A program made the translations under genes and the position numbers. Below the pieces are notes generated by a model, which worked only from the letters and a program-made list of their open reading frames with translations, was not told where the DNA came from and did no database searches. Source: an uncultured Clostridia bacterium (GTDB taxonomy: Bacteria; Acidobacteriota; Aminicenantia; JBFLYD01; JBBIMS01). Taken from it: a stretch of DNA of 64,000 nucleotides. Each line of letters starts with the position of its first letter. Positions within the stretch are counted from its first letter, which is position 1. Shown piece after piece: positions 38,633-48,311 of the stretch. The stretch spans positions 12,484 through 76,483 of the forward strand of contig CAZHEF010000001.1 in NCBI GenBank assembly GCA_964531645.1. The letters run 5' to 3'.

Positions 38633-38662
38633 GTATACCTCCTAAAATAGTCATTTTTTAAA

Positions 38663-38691
38663 TATATACACAATTAAAAACTACTTGTCAA
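38663..38691 (-). promoter_or_regulatory. sigma-70 promoter of hup-coaD
   Basis: TTGACA-17 nt-TATATA. Confidence 0.55.
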
Positions 38692-38912
38692 ATATTTCAT
38701 ATTTAAAGTTAACTTCAGAAACTAAAATCCATTGCAAACGGTAAAACGCAAGATCTTGCAATCGCTTTTCTTGGTCCGTTATCCGTGAACGGCAATTTCT
38801 GCTGAACAAGGAAAGGAGAGCGATAAAAGACATTCAGTAAATTTGCCTTTTAACCTTGCCTCTCTTACTGATCTTTCAATTCTTAATTCGCGGTCCGTAA
38901 TCCCCAATTTAT

Positions 38913-38941
38913 AAAGAAAGAGCCAGCCTTTCGGCTGGCTC
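38913..38941 (-). terminator. intrinsic terminator of ECF operon
   Basis: gagccagcc-gaaa-ggctggctc followed by tttcttt on the minus strand. Confidence 0.85.
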
Positions 38942-38984
38942 CCGGCAAATAGGTTATTAGGAAGGAGGTTATGAATGTGAAGGG

Positions 38985-39512
38985 TTATCTATTTCTTCCT
39001 TTAACCCTCTTTTCCCTGAAATGGCGCTTCCTTTCCTGAGCTATTTGAGTCTTTATCTCTTCGAGTTTTTTAAGCTGTTCTGGAGTGAGCTCCTTTTTGA
39101 TTTGATTTGCCATAAGGAATATACTCTTATGAATCTCTGCTTTCAACTTGTAAATTTCATCTATCTTCTTGAGATACTCAGCTTCCTTTCCTTCAAGTCC
39201 TTTGAGTTCAAGTTCTGCTTTTCTGCAAGAAGCTCTTAGATCGATAATTTTTTTCTCTGTATCCACAAATATTTTGTCAATTCTGTTTATCTGCTCATCC
39301 GTGAGATTCAATTCCTTAACAAATCGAGAATTCTTCCACCATATTCCAAATCTTTCAAAACCAAAAGGAGCTGGTCCCATTGGACCGGGTCCCATGAACT
39401 CCATGTCATCTTCAGAACCCATGGGTAGAGCTGGTTCTTCTTTCCATGAATAGGAAAGAAGGAGACCTGAAACAGTCAGTAAAGAAAGTAAAATCAAAAT
39501 ACTCTTTCGCAT
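38985..39512 (-). CDS. Spy/CpxP-family (LTXXQ) periplasmic protein
   Basis: Signal peptide, Met/Gly/Pro-rich N-terminus, WW.....KELNLTDEQ and ELTPEQ motifs. Confidence 0.85.
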   Translation of the reverse strand: MRKSILILLSLLTVSGLLLSYSWKEEPALPMGSEDDMEFMGPGPMGPAPFGFERFGIWWKNSRFVKELNLTDEQINRIDKIFVDTEKKIIDLRASCRKAELELKGLEGKEAEYLKKIDEIYKLKAEIHKSIFLMANQIKKELTPEQLKKLEEIKTQIAQERKRHFREKRVKGRNR

Positions 39513-39531
39513 TTTCTATCCTCCTTAAATT

Positions 39532-39852
39532 TTATTTATTTTCATTTTTTAGTTGGTTATAAAAATCAAGCTCTTCGCTAGTAATACACACAACCTGTGA
39601 CTCGTAATAATTCGGCTCGTTCTCTATCAATGCGTATGCATCGCTCCAGACATCTTCAACGAAAGCATCCTCTTTGAAAAAAGAAGATTTCAAGAATAAA
39701 ATGATTGCAAAAATGAGAAAGATTCCAGCTATGCTTGAAAGAATTACTTTTACTCTTTTCTTCCTTCTGTATCTTGGAAGTGTAACCTTCCAAAACTTTT
39801 CTACAAAATCTTCCTTTGGCTCTATCATTTCAAATTTCTCCTTATAAATCAT
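39532..39852 (-). CDS. single-pass membrane protein, putative anti-sigma factor
   Basis: Overlaps ECF sigma stop; basic patch followed by one TM helix. Confidence 0.65.
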   Translation of the reverse strand: MIYKEKFEMIEPKEDFVEKFWKVTLPRYRRKKRVKVILSSIAGIFLIFAIILFLKSSFFKEDAFVEDVWSDAYALIENEPNYYESQVVCITSEELDFYNQLKNENK

Positions 39853-40378
39853 TTTTTCCCTCCCCTATCATTTTCTTTAATCTCAGGATCCCTCTGTGAA
39901 CATAAGTCTTTACAGCGCCTACAGAGGAATCCATTAACTTTGCCGCTTCTTCATAGGAATATCCTTCATATTTAATCAGCTGGATAGCTACTCTTTCCTT
40001 TGGCTTGAGCCTGTTCAAGTGTTTTAAAATGTCTACATCTATTAAACTCCCATTTCCATTTGAGGGAAATTTCTCTCTGAAGCCCAATAGGAGTTTTTTT
40101 ACAACCCTCTCTTTGCTGAAGTGCTTCAAGACTTGATTAGTGGCTATTTTATAAATCCATGCATAAAAGTCACTATCCGGTCTGAATCTGTCTTTATTCA
40201 AATAAACTTTTAAAAATACCTCCTGAGTAATATCATCGGATTTATCAGGGTCTCTGACCATTCTATTGACAAAGTTAAAAATTCTTTTGTAATTTTGTTT
40301 CATAAGCATGTTAAAAGCCTCATTTTCGCCTGAAACCGCTCTCAATAAAAGCTCATTGGCATTCATTTCTCTTTCCAT
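39842..40378 (-). CDS. ECF-type RNA polymerase sigma factor
   Basis: G...AF..L, D.TQEVFLK, F.AWIYKIATN (region 2), L..L....R..I.L....G.SYEEAA..M....GAVKT..HRG (region 4). Confidence 0.93.
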   Translation of the reverse strand: MEREMNANELLLRAVSGENEAFNMLMKQNYKRIFNFVNRMVRDPDKSDDITQEVFLKVYLNKDRFRPDSDFYAWIYKIATNQVLKHFSKERVVKKLLLGFREKFPSNGNGSLIDVDILKHLNRLKPKERVAIQLIKYEGYSYEEAAKLMDSSVGAVKTYVHRGILRLKKMIGEGKNDL

Positions 40379-40415
40379 ATTCTATTATCCCGCTCCAAGG
40401 CAAAAAGTTTCAACT

Positions 40416-40507
40416 CCGCACTCCCCTGAGAGATATCAATATAAAAAACAAGGATTAGATGGGTCTGAATTATGTTTTTTATTTAGTTATATCTCAGGTG
40501 AGTGCGG
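40416..40507. other. about 90-nt intergenic hairpin between divergent ECF and kinase genes
   Basis: ccgcactc/gagtgcgg, cctga/tcagg, gatat/atatc, ataaaaaaca/tgttttttat nested stems. Confidence 0.65.
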
Positions 40508-40556
40508 GGCGGGGATTGTTTTTTTCCTTTAAAACTTGTAATATTAATTATTAAGG

Positions 40557-42500
40557 ATGAATTCTTTAAAAAAGTTAGGGAAATATGAGATATTAAAGCC
40601 TCTCGGCTCTGGAGGGATGGGTTCGGTTTATCTTGCTAAGGATACTTTAATAGGAAGATTTGTTGCAATAAAAACTCTAAATCTTGAGATTGGGGAAGAG
40701 TTAGAGAAAAGTGATGTGGAATCTTTTTTCAACGAGGCTAAGGTTGCAGGAACCCTTATCCATCCAAGTATTGTGACTATTTTCGATGCTGGGATTGAAA
40801 ATGGTATACCCTATATTGTAATGGAGTTCTTTGACGGTATCTCTCTTTCAAAGTTTCTTGAGACAAGAGAATTTACAACAAAGGAGAAATTAGAAATTCT
40901 TAAGAGAATAGGAGAGGCCATAGATTTTGCCCATTCGAAGGGCGTTATTCACAGGGATATAAAGCCTGCAAACATCCTGATAAATGATAAGAGAGAGGTT
41001 AAAATAGCGGATTTTGGAATAGCGAGAATAATAAGCTCTCAAAAGTTGAAACAGAGTGTCGCGATTGGAACGCCGGCCTATATTGCGCCCGAGCAGGCTA
41101 TTGGAGAGGCAATAGACCAGAGGGCTGACATTTTTTCTTTTGCGGTGGTTGCCTACGAATTGCTTTCTGGGGTAGCTCCATTCCTTGGAAATGATTATAA
41201 CTCAACCCTTTACAATGTTCTCTATGCAGAGCCAAGAGAAACTCGAAGACTTAAGGATGCGGGCATTGATGAGGAAAAGTGGAAAAAAGTTTTTGAAAGA
41301 GCATTGTCCAAAAGGCCCGAGAAAAGATTTTCAACTGCAAAAGATCTTGTGGATGCTCTTGAAGAAGTCATGATATCCGATAGACTAATAAAACCATTAA
41401 AGCAAACCGCTAATATCCAGGTTGAAACAAGAACATTAAGAGTTTCTCGGAGAAAATTAAGAGCAAGCAATTTATTCTTTTCAATTATAAAACCCCTGAA
41501 ATCAGTTTCAAGTGCAACAAAGAATTTCTTTGCTAACCTGTCAGTTTTAAAGATGGCTCCGATTATTGCCTTAATACTAATTGCAATTTCAATATTAGTG
41601 ATTTTTATTCTAACTCCTGGTAAGAAAGAAGAAAAAAAGGTAATAGTTTCACATCCTGTAAAGATAGTGGAGGAAACCCCTGTTAAAGAAGAACCTCCTC
41701 CGCCATCCCCTCCCGAAGAACCTGTTTCCGAACAGCCTCAGGAAATAATTCTTCAAATATTTTCAGATCCTCCACATGCAAAGGTTTTCGTAGACGGGGT
41801 GGAAAAAGGAGAAACTCCACTTTTTATTCCAGGAATTGGAAAATCAGAAATTACACTAAGATTGGAAAGAGCGGGCTATATTCCTGTAACGAGAAAAATC
41901 ACAATTGATCCATCACAAGGAGACATAAGAGTTAAGATAAATTTAAAGTCTGTTGAGGCGATTTCAATGGATATAAATGTTATTTCTGAGCCTGAGGGTG
42001 CAAAGGTTTTCATAAATGGAAAGATTGTCGGCACAACCCCTCTCAAATCCTACCCTCTTCCCTATGGAACCTATCAAATCGCTATTGAAAAGGATGGGTA
42101 CAAAACAAAGTATGACGAGATAAAAGTTTTTAAAGGTGGTAAACAAACATTGTCATTTACACTTGAGCCTGTTCCGAAAATTGAAGAAAGGAGACTTCCA
42201 GTTGAAGGAGAACTTATAGAGATGAGCGAAAAAGTTGTGAGACCTAAAAAAATTTCGGGTGAATACCCTACCACACCACCAAACTTCAGAAAAAAGGGTA
42301 GATTCTCAGTAGCTCTTTCTTTCATTGTAGACGAGAAGGGAGATGTTAAAGAAATAATTCTGGAAAAAAGTTCGGGCGAACCTGAACTGGATCTTGCGGC
42401 GGCAAAAGCTCTCCGGGCATGGAAATTCACCCCTCCTACTCTTGAAGGTGTAAAGGTTAAGATAAGAAACAGGCAGATATTCACCTTTGTGATTGAATGA
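40557..42500 (+). CDS. Hanks-type Ser/Thr kinase - TM - Pro linker - 2x PEGA - TonB C-terminal domain
   Basis: LGSGGMGSVY, VAIK, HRDIKPAN, DFG, GTPAYIAPE; S.PP.A.VF.DG...G.TP x2; V.LSFIVDE.G.V...LD.AA..A...WKF.P. Confidence 0.92.
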   Translation: MNSLKKLGKYEILKPLGSGGMGSVYLAKDTLIGRFVAIKTLNLEIGEELEKSDVESFFNEAKVAGTLIHPSIVTIFDAGIENGIPYIVMEFFDGISLSKFLETREFTTKEKLEILKRIGEAIDFAHSKGVIHRDIKPANILINDKREVKIADFGIARIISSQKLKQSVAIGTPAYIAPEQAIGEAIDQRADIFSFAVVAYELLSGVAPFLGNDYNSTLYNVLYAEPRETRRLKDAGIDEEKWKKVFERALSKRPEKRFSTAKDLVDALEEVMISDRLIKPLKQTANIQVETRTLRVSRRKLRASNLFFSIIKPLKSVSSATKNFFANLSVLKMAPIIALILIAISILVIFILTPGKKEEKKVIVSHPVKIVEETPVKEEPPPPSPPEEPVSEQPQEIILQIFSDPPHAKVFVDGVEKGETPLFIPGIGKSEITLRLERAGYIPVTRKITIDPSQGDIRVKINLKSVEAISMDINVISEPEGAKVFINGKIVGTTPLKSYPLPYGTYQIAIEKDGYKTKYDEIKVFKGGKQTLSFTLEPVPKIEERRLPVEGELIEMSEKVVRPKKISGEYPTTPPNFRKKGRFSVALSFIVDEKGDVKEIILEKSSGEPELDLAAAKALRAWKFTPPTLEGVKVKIRNRQIFTFVIE

Positions 42501-42525
42501 AAGAAAATTTAACCGTTCTCCCTAA

Positions 42526-43857
42526 ATGAAGCAACCCCATCTTCCACCGAGCAAGGTTCTGCCATTAAGTTTTATAATTGTTATAATTTCAGGAACAATT
42601 CTACTTTTTCTTCCGGTTTCGGGTAAAAGAAGTTTGAGTTTTATAGACTCTTTATTTACAGCTACTTCTGCCACATGTGTTACAGGACTCACTGTGGTGG
42701 ATGTTGGAAAAACATTCACACTTTTCGGGCAGTTAATAATTCTCCTGTGTATTCAGATCGGTGGACTCGGTTTAATGACCTTCTCTTCTCTTATTGCAAT
42801 CCTTATGGGAAGGAGCTTGCCCTTTAAAGATAGAACCCTCGTCATGGAATCCTTCTTGCCTTTTCCTGTAAAGGGAATCCCAAATATTATAAAACAGATA
42901 ATCCTTTACACATTTCTGATCGAACTTGTTGGCGCATTTCTTCTCTTTATAAGTTTTTCTAAACAATTTCGATTCTGGGAGAGTGCAAAACTTTCTATTT
43001 TCCATTCAATCTCAGCTTTTTGTAATGCGGGTTTTTCCCTTTTCTCCGACAACTTATATTCTTTCAGGGAGGATATCCTTGTCAACATAACTGTAATTTT
43101 TTTAATTTTCCTTGGTGGAATTGGATTTTTTCCTCTTAAAGTTATCACGGGATTTATTATGTCAAAAATAAAGAAGGAAAGATTCAAACCACCCCTTCAT
43201 TTCAAAATTGTTATTCTCACATCCCTCATCCTTATCCTCACAGGAACTTTAATTTTTGCTTTTCTCGAATGGAATAATACCCTTAAGAACTTCACTTTTG
43301 AGGGTAAAATTCTTGCATCTGTATTTCAGGCAATTACTCCAAGGACAGCAGGATTCAACACAGTTGATATTTCTATGCTTGCAAGTGGAACAACATTTTT
43401 AATTATGATTTTGATGTTTATCGGAGCATCTCCAGGCTCAACAGGAGGTGGAATTAAGACAAGCACCTTCTTTGTTGTTCTTTATCAAATTAAAAGCAGA
43501 TTAAAAGGAGAAAGGGAGGTATCTTTCTCATCAAGAAAAATTCCAGTGGATATTGTAAGTAAAGCCTTTGTGGTTCTCTTTGTTTCCATGGGAATTGTTA
43601 TTCTTTCATCTTTTTTAATTTTTATTTTCCAGAGGGATGCAAGATTCGATGTTCTTCTGTTCGAAGTTTTCTCTGCATTTGGAACTGTTGGATTATCGAA
43701 GGGAATAACCCCCTTTCTTAATTCCTTATCAAAAGTTATAATAATTATGACAATGTTTATTGGAAGAATTGGACCAATCACTCTTGTTTACACCCTTAGA
43801 GAACCAAAGGAGCTGGAAGGGATATCTTATCCTGAGGAAAAGGTTATGGTTGGATAG
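42526..43857 (+). CDS. KtrB/TrkH-family potassium uptake membrane subunit
   Basis: FTATSATCVTGL, FHSISAFCNAGF, TPRTAGF, GASPGSTGGGIK, FSAFGTVGLS.G pore motifs. Confidence 0.95.
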   Translation: MKQPHLPPSKVLPLSFIIVIISGTILLFLPVSGKRSLSFIDSLFTATSATCVTGLTVVDVGKTFTLFGQLIILLCIQIGGLGLMTFSSLIAILMGRSLPFKDRTLVMESFLPFPVKGIPNIIKQIILYTFLIELVGAFLLFISFSKQFRFWESAKLSIFHSISAFCNAGFSLFSDNLYSFREDILVNITVIFLIFLGGIGFFPLKVITGFIMSKIKKERFKPPLHFKIVILTSLILILTGTLIFAFLEWNNTLKNFTFEGKILASVFQAITPRTAGFNTVDISMLASGTTFLIMILMFIGASPGSTGGGIKTSTFFVVLYQIKSRLKGEREVSFSSRKIPVDIVSKAFVVLFVSMGIVILSSFLIFIFQRDARFDVLLFEVFSAFGTVGLSKGITPFLNSLSKVIIIMTMFIGRIGPITLVYTLREPKELEGISYPEEKVMVG

Positions 43858-43914
43858 CTATGAGGAAAGTTTTTGTAAGAGACGATTTTTTCTAAACCCC
43901 AGTGAAACAACTAA

Positions 43915-44050
43915 GATCAAAATGAAAAATGCAAAATTAATGAATGCAAGACAAGGAATTAATGATCGCGAGTTACGGATTGCGAATTATGAATTGGAAA
44001 AGAGAAATGGAAGCCAGAAATCCAACAAGCTTCCAGCTGGTAGCCACTAT
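43915..44050. repeat. degenerate heptamer array between ktrB and ktrA
   Basis: aaatgaa-aaatgca-aaattaa; cgagtta-cggattg-cgaatta-tgaattg; gaagcca...ttccagc-tggtagc. Confidence 0.65.
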
Positions 44051-44145
44051 GATCTTTACATCCTGACCTTTGCAATTAAATTTAGCTTTGGAAAAACTAA
44101 ACTTCCACCAATTTTTATCATAAACTTTCAAAATGGGAGGACAAA

Positions 44146-44799
44146 ATGAAAAAGTTTGTTGTGATAGGTCTTGGAAGTTTCGGAATAAATATTGCGAAAG
44201 CACTGGCTGAAAACGGGAATGAAGTCCTGGCTATTGATTATGAAATGGAAAAGGTGAACGCAATAAAAGACTATGTAACAGAAGCAGTCCGGGCAGATGC
44301 AACTAAAAAGGAAGTCCTTGAAAGCCTTGATCTTAACGATGCAGATGCAGTGATTGTAAGCATTGGACCAACTATGGAACCGAGCATATTTGTTGTTCAT
44401 TATCTTAAAGAATTGAAAGCAAAGAATGTAATTGCAAAAGCTCTTTCTGAAGACCATCTAAAAATTCTCGAAATTGTTGGGGCAGACAAGGTGGTCTATC
44501 CTGAAAAGGACGAGGCTATAAGACTTGCAAACATATTAACTTCCACTAATATCCTTGAATACTTGCCAATCTCCAATGACTTCACAATAGAAGAAATTGC
44601 ACCACCATCGGATTTCGTAGGTAGGAATTTAAGAGAGCTTGACCTGAGAAAAAAGTTTAATGTTCTTGTTATTGGTATAAGAGACACATTAAAAGACGAA
44701 ATTTCAATTGCTTCAAACCCTGATACAATAATAAAAGAAAGTGATTCTCTGATTGTGGCTGGAAAGAAAAAAGACCTCGAAAGACTATCCTCCCACTGA
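44146..44799 (+). CDS. KtrA/TrkA-family potassium uptake regulatory subunit
   Basis: VIGLGSFG Rossmann RCK-N, IAKA, GADKVVYPEK, GRNLRELDLR RCK-C. Confidence 0.95.
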   Translation: MKKFVVIGLGSFGINIAKALAENGNEVLAIDYEMEKVNAIKDYVTEAVRADATKKEVLESLDLNDADAVIVSIGPTMEPSIFVVHYLKELKAKNVIAKALSEDHLKILEIVGADKVVYPEKDEAIRLANILTSTNILEYLPISNDFTIEEIAPPSDFVGRNLRELDLRKKFNVLVIGIRDTLKDEISIASNPDTIIKESDSLIVAGKKKDLERLSSH

Positions 44800-44805
44800 T
44801 AAAGT

Positions 44806-44982
44806 TTATTTGAATCTCACAATTGCAAAAACCGGACAGATAGGTTCACAAGCTCCACAGTCAGTGCATTTTGATGTATCAATACAATATTTTTCTCCGC
44901 ATTCATCTATTGCTTCTTCCTCACATACTATCATACATTCAGCACAAGCAATACAATCATCGGTAATATAATACGAACCCAA
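44806..44982 (-). CDS. 2[4Fe-4S] ferredoxin (58 aa, below track cutoff)
   Basis: SD GAGGT, TTG start: MGSYYITDDCIACAECMIVCEEEAIDECGEKYCIDTSKCTDCGACEPICPVFAIVRFK; two CxxCxxCxxxC motifs. Confidence 0.85.
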   Translation of the reverse strand: MGSYYITDDCIACAECMIVCEEEAIDECGEKYCIDTSKCTDCGACEPICPVFAIVRFK

Positions 44983-44983
44983 T

Positions 44984-45544
44984 TTAACCTCTTCCCATTA
45001 TTTCTCTCTCTTTAGTCTCTGCAATTTCATCCGCTTTTTTGGTGTATGTGTCAGTGATCTCCTGCAACTTCTCAAGAGATTTAAATTTATCATCCTCAGA
45101 AATCTTCTTTTCCTTTTCCAGAGCCTCTATCTGCTCCTTTGAATCTCTTCTTATTGTCCTTATAAATGCCTTTTCATCTTCAAGCATTTTTCTGACAATC
45201 TTTGCCAGTTCTCTCCTTCTCTCCTCATCCAAGGGAGGGATTGGAACTTTTAAAATTCTTCCATCATTAACAGGATTAAGACCAATGTTTGCTTTAAGAA
45301 TAGCCTTCTCAATCGCACCCGCAAGGGAAGGCTCCCATGGGTGAATCACAATAAGTGAAGGATCTGGAATCTGAATGGTTGCAACCTGATTTATGGGAGT
45401 GGGGCTCCCATAATATTCAACAGTAATATCTTCAAGAAGGGTAATGGAGGCTCTTCCTGTTCTAAGCTTTGAGAGCTCCTTTTTAAAATGTTCGAGCCTT
45501 GCTTCCATTTTTTTCTTTGTATTATTTAGAATCTCATTCACCAT
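44984..45544 (-). CDS. frr: ribosome recycling factor
   Basis: L.KLRTGRAS, YYGSPTP..QVA, PPL.EERR.EL.K, ISEDD. Confidence 0.97.
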   Translation of the reverse strand: MVNEILNNTKKKMEARLEHFKKELSKLRTGRASITLLEDITVEYYGSPTPINQVATIQIPDPSLIVIHPWEPSLAGAIEKAILKANIGLNPVNDGRILKVPIPPLDEERRRELAKIVRKMLEDEKAFIRTIRRDSKEQIEALEKEKKISEDDKFKSLEKLQEITDTYTKKADEIAETKEREIMGRG

Positions 45545-45559
45545 CTCAACCTCTCCTAA

Positions 45560-45775
45560 AAAAAGTTAAAAGTCAAAAGGAAAAAGTATGAGAGTAAACT
45601 TTGAAAGTAATTTTCGGCACTCTAAAGTCGGCGACCCTTTCTTTTTAGCTCTCTTTTTATGCAACTGTAAGCCGTGAGCTGTCTGCTGAAAACAATTCTT
45701 TCTTACACATCTTGATCTCCCCATATTTGATAATTTTAAATTTTTCATTTTATAATCTTCATTTTGCATTTTTAA
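45560..45775. repeat. composite heptamer arrays between pyrH and frr
   Basis: aaaagtt-aaaagtc-aaaagga-aaaagta; actgtaa-gccgtga-gctgtct; aattttt-catttta-taatctt-cattttg-cattttt. Confidence 0.65.
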
Positions 45776-46488
45776 CTTATGCAACTTCCTATTTTTTCCC
45801 CGTAAACAGCTTTAACTATGTTCCTCTTTTCCTTTATACTGAAGACAATTATAGGTAGCTTGTTTTCCATACATAGAGAAATTGCTGTTGCATCCATAAC
45901 TTTCAGTCTTTCATCTATCACCTGAATGTAAGAGACATCATCTATTTTCATTGCATTTTTATCTACAAATGGGTCTGCAGTGTAAATTCCATCAACTTTT
46001 GTGGCTTTTAACAAAACATCTGCGTGGATCTCAATTGCCCTCAGTGCTGCGGCAGTATCTGTTGTAAAGTGTGGATTCCCTGTTCCTGAAGCGAATATTA
46101 CAATCCTTCCCTTTTCGAGATGTCTTATAGCTCTCCTCCTTATAAATGGCTCTGCTACAGGTCTTATCTCAAGAGCAGATATTAACCTTGTTATAAGTCC
46201 TCTCTTTTCCAGTGCTTCCTGAAGCGCTATCCCATTTATTACTGTCGCAAGCATACCCATGTAATCAGCTGAAGCTTTATCTATTCCTAACTCTTCAGCC
46301 ATTGCTCCACGGAATATATTCCCACCTCCCGGCACTATGGCAATCTCAACGCCAAATCTGTGAATCTCTTCCACTTCTTCTGAGATATTGTCTATGGTAT
46401 CTTTATCAATACCGTAGGACTTATCCCCCATCAAAGATTCACCGCTGAGCTTCAGAAGTATTCTCTTGTACTTGGGGAAAGCCCTCAT
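45772..46488 (-). CDS. pyrH: uridylate kinase
   Basis: [49 protein letters not shown]. Confidence 0.97.
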   Translation of the reverse strand: MRAFPKYKRILLKLSGESLMGDKSYGIDKDTIDNISEEVEEIHRFGVEIAIVPGGGNIFRGAMAEELGIDKASADYMGMLATVINGIALQEALEKRGLITRLISALEIRPVAEPFIRRRAIRHLEKGRIVIFASGTGNPHFTTDTAAALRAIEIHADVLLKATKVDGIYTADPFVDKNAMKIDDVSYIQVIDERLKVMDATAISLCMENKLPIIVFSIKEKRNIVKAVYGEKIGSCIS

Positions 46489-46492
46489 TTTT

Positions 46493-47101
46493 CTATGTAT
46501 TTTCTAAATCTTCTCCAAGCTGAAACCTTACAAACCTTTTTACAACTATATTCTCTCCGAACTTGTGAATGTAACTCATTATCAAATCTCGAACCTTTAA
46601 TTTGTCATCTTTTACAAAAGGCTGGTCTAAAAGACATACTTCCTCATAGAATTTTTTTAATTTCCCATCCACTATCTTCTCAATGATATTTTCTGGCTTT
46701 CCTGAATCTTTTAACTGAATTCTGTAAATTTCCTTTTCTTTCTCTATAATTTCATCAGGGATTTTGTCATCTGAAACCCATCTGGGGTTGAGAGCTGCAA
46801 TATGCATCGCAAGATCCTTTACAAGGGTGAGGAATTCAGGATTTCTTGCTACAAAATCTGTTTCGCATGCAACCTCAACGAGAACACCTATTTTCCCATT
46901 GGAGTGGACATAAGCCCCAATTGTTCCCTGATTCGCCTCTCTTCCCAACTTTGACTGGGCTTTCTGATAACCCTTTATTCTAAGTATCTCCTCTGCCTTT
47001 TTTATGTCGCCCTTTGCTTCCTCAAGGGCACGCTTGCACTCCATTATACTTATTCCCGTCTTTTCCCTCAATTCCTTTACTATATCGATACTTATTTCCA
47101 T
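46493..47101 (-). CDS. tsf: elongation factor Ts (short type)
   Basis: [39 protein letters not shown]; start at ATG 47101. Confidence 0.96.
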   Translation of the reverse strand: MEISIDIVKELREKTGISIMECKRALEEAKGDIKKAEEILRIKGYQKAQSKLGREANQGTIGAYVHSNGKIGVLVEVACETDFVARNPEFLTLVKDLAMHIAALNPRWVSDDKIPDEIIEKEKEIYRIQLKDSGKPENIIEKIVDGKLKKFYEEVCLLDQPFVKDDKLKVRDLIMSYIHKFGENIVVKRFVRFQLGEDLENT

Positions 47102-47135
47102 TTTCTCTCTCCTTATTAAATAAAGCTTCTCATTA

Positions 47136-47885
47136 TTAAGCCTGTGAAGGAGCTGCTGGAAAAGTTTCCCCCTCCTCTTTTGATTTGACAGATTCTGCAA
47201 TTCTTCTGCTCTTCCCTTCTATTACTGCATCAGCAACCTTTGTCATGTAAAGTTTCACAGCTCTTATTGCATCATCATTACCTGGGATTACATAATCCAC
47301 AACATCTGGGTCACCATTAGTATCAATAACAGCAACCACAGGTATACCAACTTTTTTTGCCTCTGTTACAGCTATTACCTCCTTAGCAGAATCTATTACG
47401 AAAAGAACTCCTGGTAATGATCTCATATTTTTTATCCCTGAAAAATTCCTCTGGAGCTTCTTAATAACCTTCTCGAGTCGAGATTGTTCTTTTTTTGAAA
47501 GAAGCTCCCATCTTCCATCAACTTTCATCTCTTCAAGGTCTATGAGTTTGTCTATGCTTTTTCTAACAATGGGGAAATTAGTCAAAAGACCTCCAACCCA
47601 TCTCTGATTGACATAAAAAGCCTCGGCTCTTTTAGTCTCCTCATCTACAATATCCTGAGCCTGCTTCTTTGTTCCCACAATTAGAATATCATTCCCTTCA
47701 GCAACTTTATTGGATATGAACTCCAGTGCCTCCATGAAAAGTTGCTGGGTCTTCTGGAGGTCTATTATATGGATTCCGTTTCTTTCTCCATAAATATAAT
47801 GTTTCATTTTGGGGTTCCATCTTTTTGTCTGATGTCCAAAATGGACTCCTGCTTCAAGAAGTTCTTTTATTGTAACAGATGGCAA
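47136..47885 (-). CDS. rpsB: 30S ribosomal protein S2
   Basis: [53 protein letters not shown]. Confidence 0.98.
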   Translation of the reverse strand: MPSVTIKELLEAGVHFGHQTKRWNPKMKHYIYGERNGIHIIDLQKTQQLFMEALEFISNKVAEGNDILIVGTKKQAQDIVDEETKRAEAFYVNQRWVGGLLTNFPIVRKSIDKLIDLEEMKVDGRWELLSKKEQSRLEKVIKKLQRNFSGIKNMRSLPGVLFVIDSAKEVIAVTEAKKVGIPVVAVIDTNGDPDVVDYVIPGNDDAIRAVKLYMTKVADAVIEGKSRRIAESVKSKEEGETFPAAPSQA

Positions 47886-47895
47886 CTTTACCTCC

Positions 47896-48300
47896 TTATC
47901 TTTTGTGATATTGAGGAGCTTTTCTTGCCCCCCTCAATCCATATTTCTTCCTTTCCTTTTCCCTTGGATCCCTTGTGAGAAGACCAAATTTTTTAAGGGT
48001 ATCCCTCAACTCAGAATTGAACTGGTAAAGAGCCCTTGCAATACCCAACTTTATAGCATCAGCCTGACCCGAAATTCCTCCACCATCGACTCTTATGAAA
48101 AGGTCAACTTTATCAGCAGTTTCTGTAACATAGAGGGGTTGCTTTATTACCTCCCTCAATGTAACAGTACCGAAATAATCTTCAAATGTTCTATATTTTT
48201 TGTTTACAACAAGATTTATCACACCCTTTCCCGGTCTTATGTAAACTCTTGCTACCGCTGTCTTTCTTTTTCCTGTTCCGTAATATTGAATCTCAGCCAT
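47896..48300 (-). CDS. rpsI: 30S ribosomal protein S9
   Basis: [41 protein letters not shown]. Confidence 0.98.
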   Translation of the reverse strand: MAEIQYYGTGKRKTAVARVYIRPGKGVINLVVNKKYRTFEDYFGTVTLREVIKQPLYVTETADKVDLFIRVDGGGISGQADAIKLGIARALYQFNSELRDTLKKFGLLTRDPREKERKKYGLRGARKAPQYHKR

Positions 48301-48311
48301 ATCTCTTCTCC

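Noticed and set aside
38731-38770. c-di-GMP-I riboswitch (GCAAAC/GCAAG words)
   Set aside because: It lacks the GNRA tetraloop/receptor pair and P1 helix, and it lies upstream of the hup promoter.
45566-45784. [20 protein letters not shown]... (also 43760-44149)
   Set aside because: These are translations of heptamer arrays (KMQN-type periodicity), not credible proteins.
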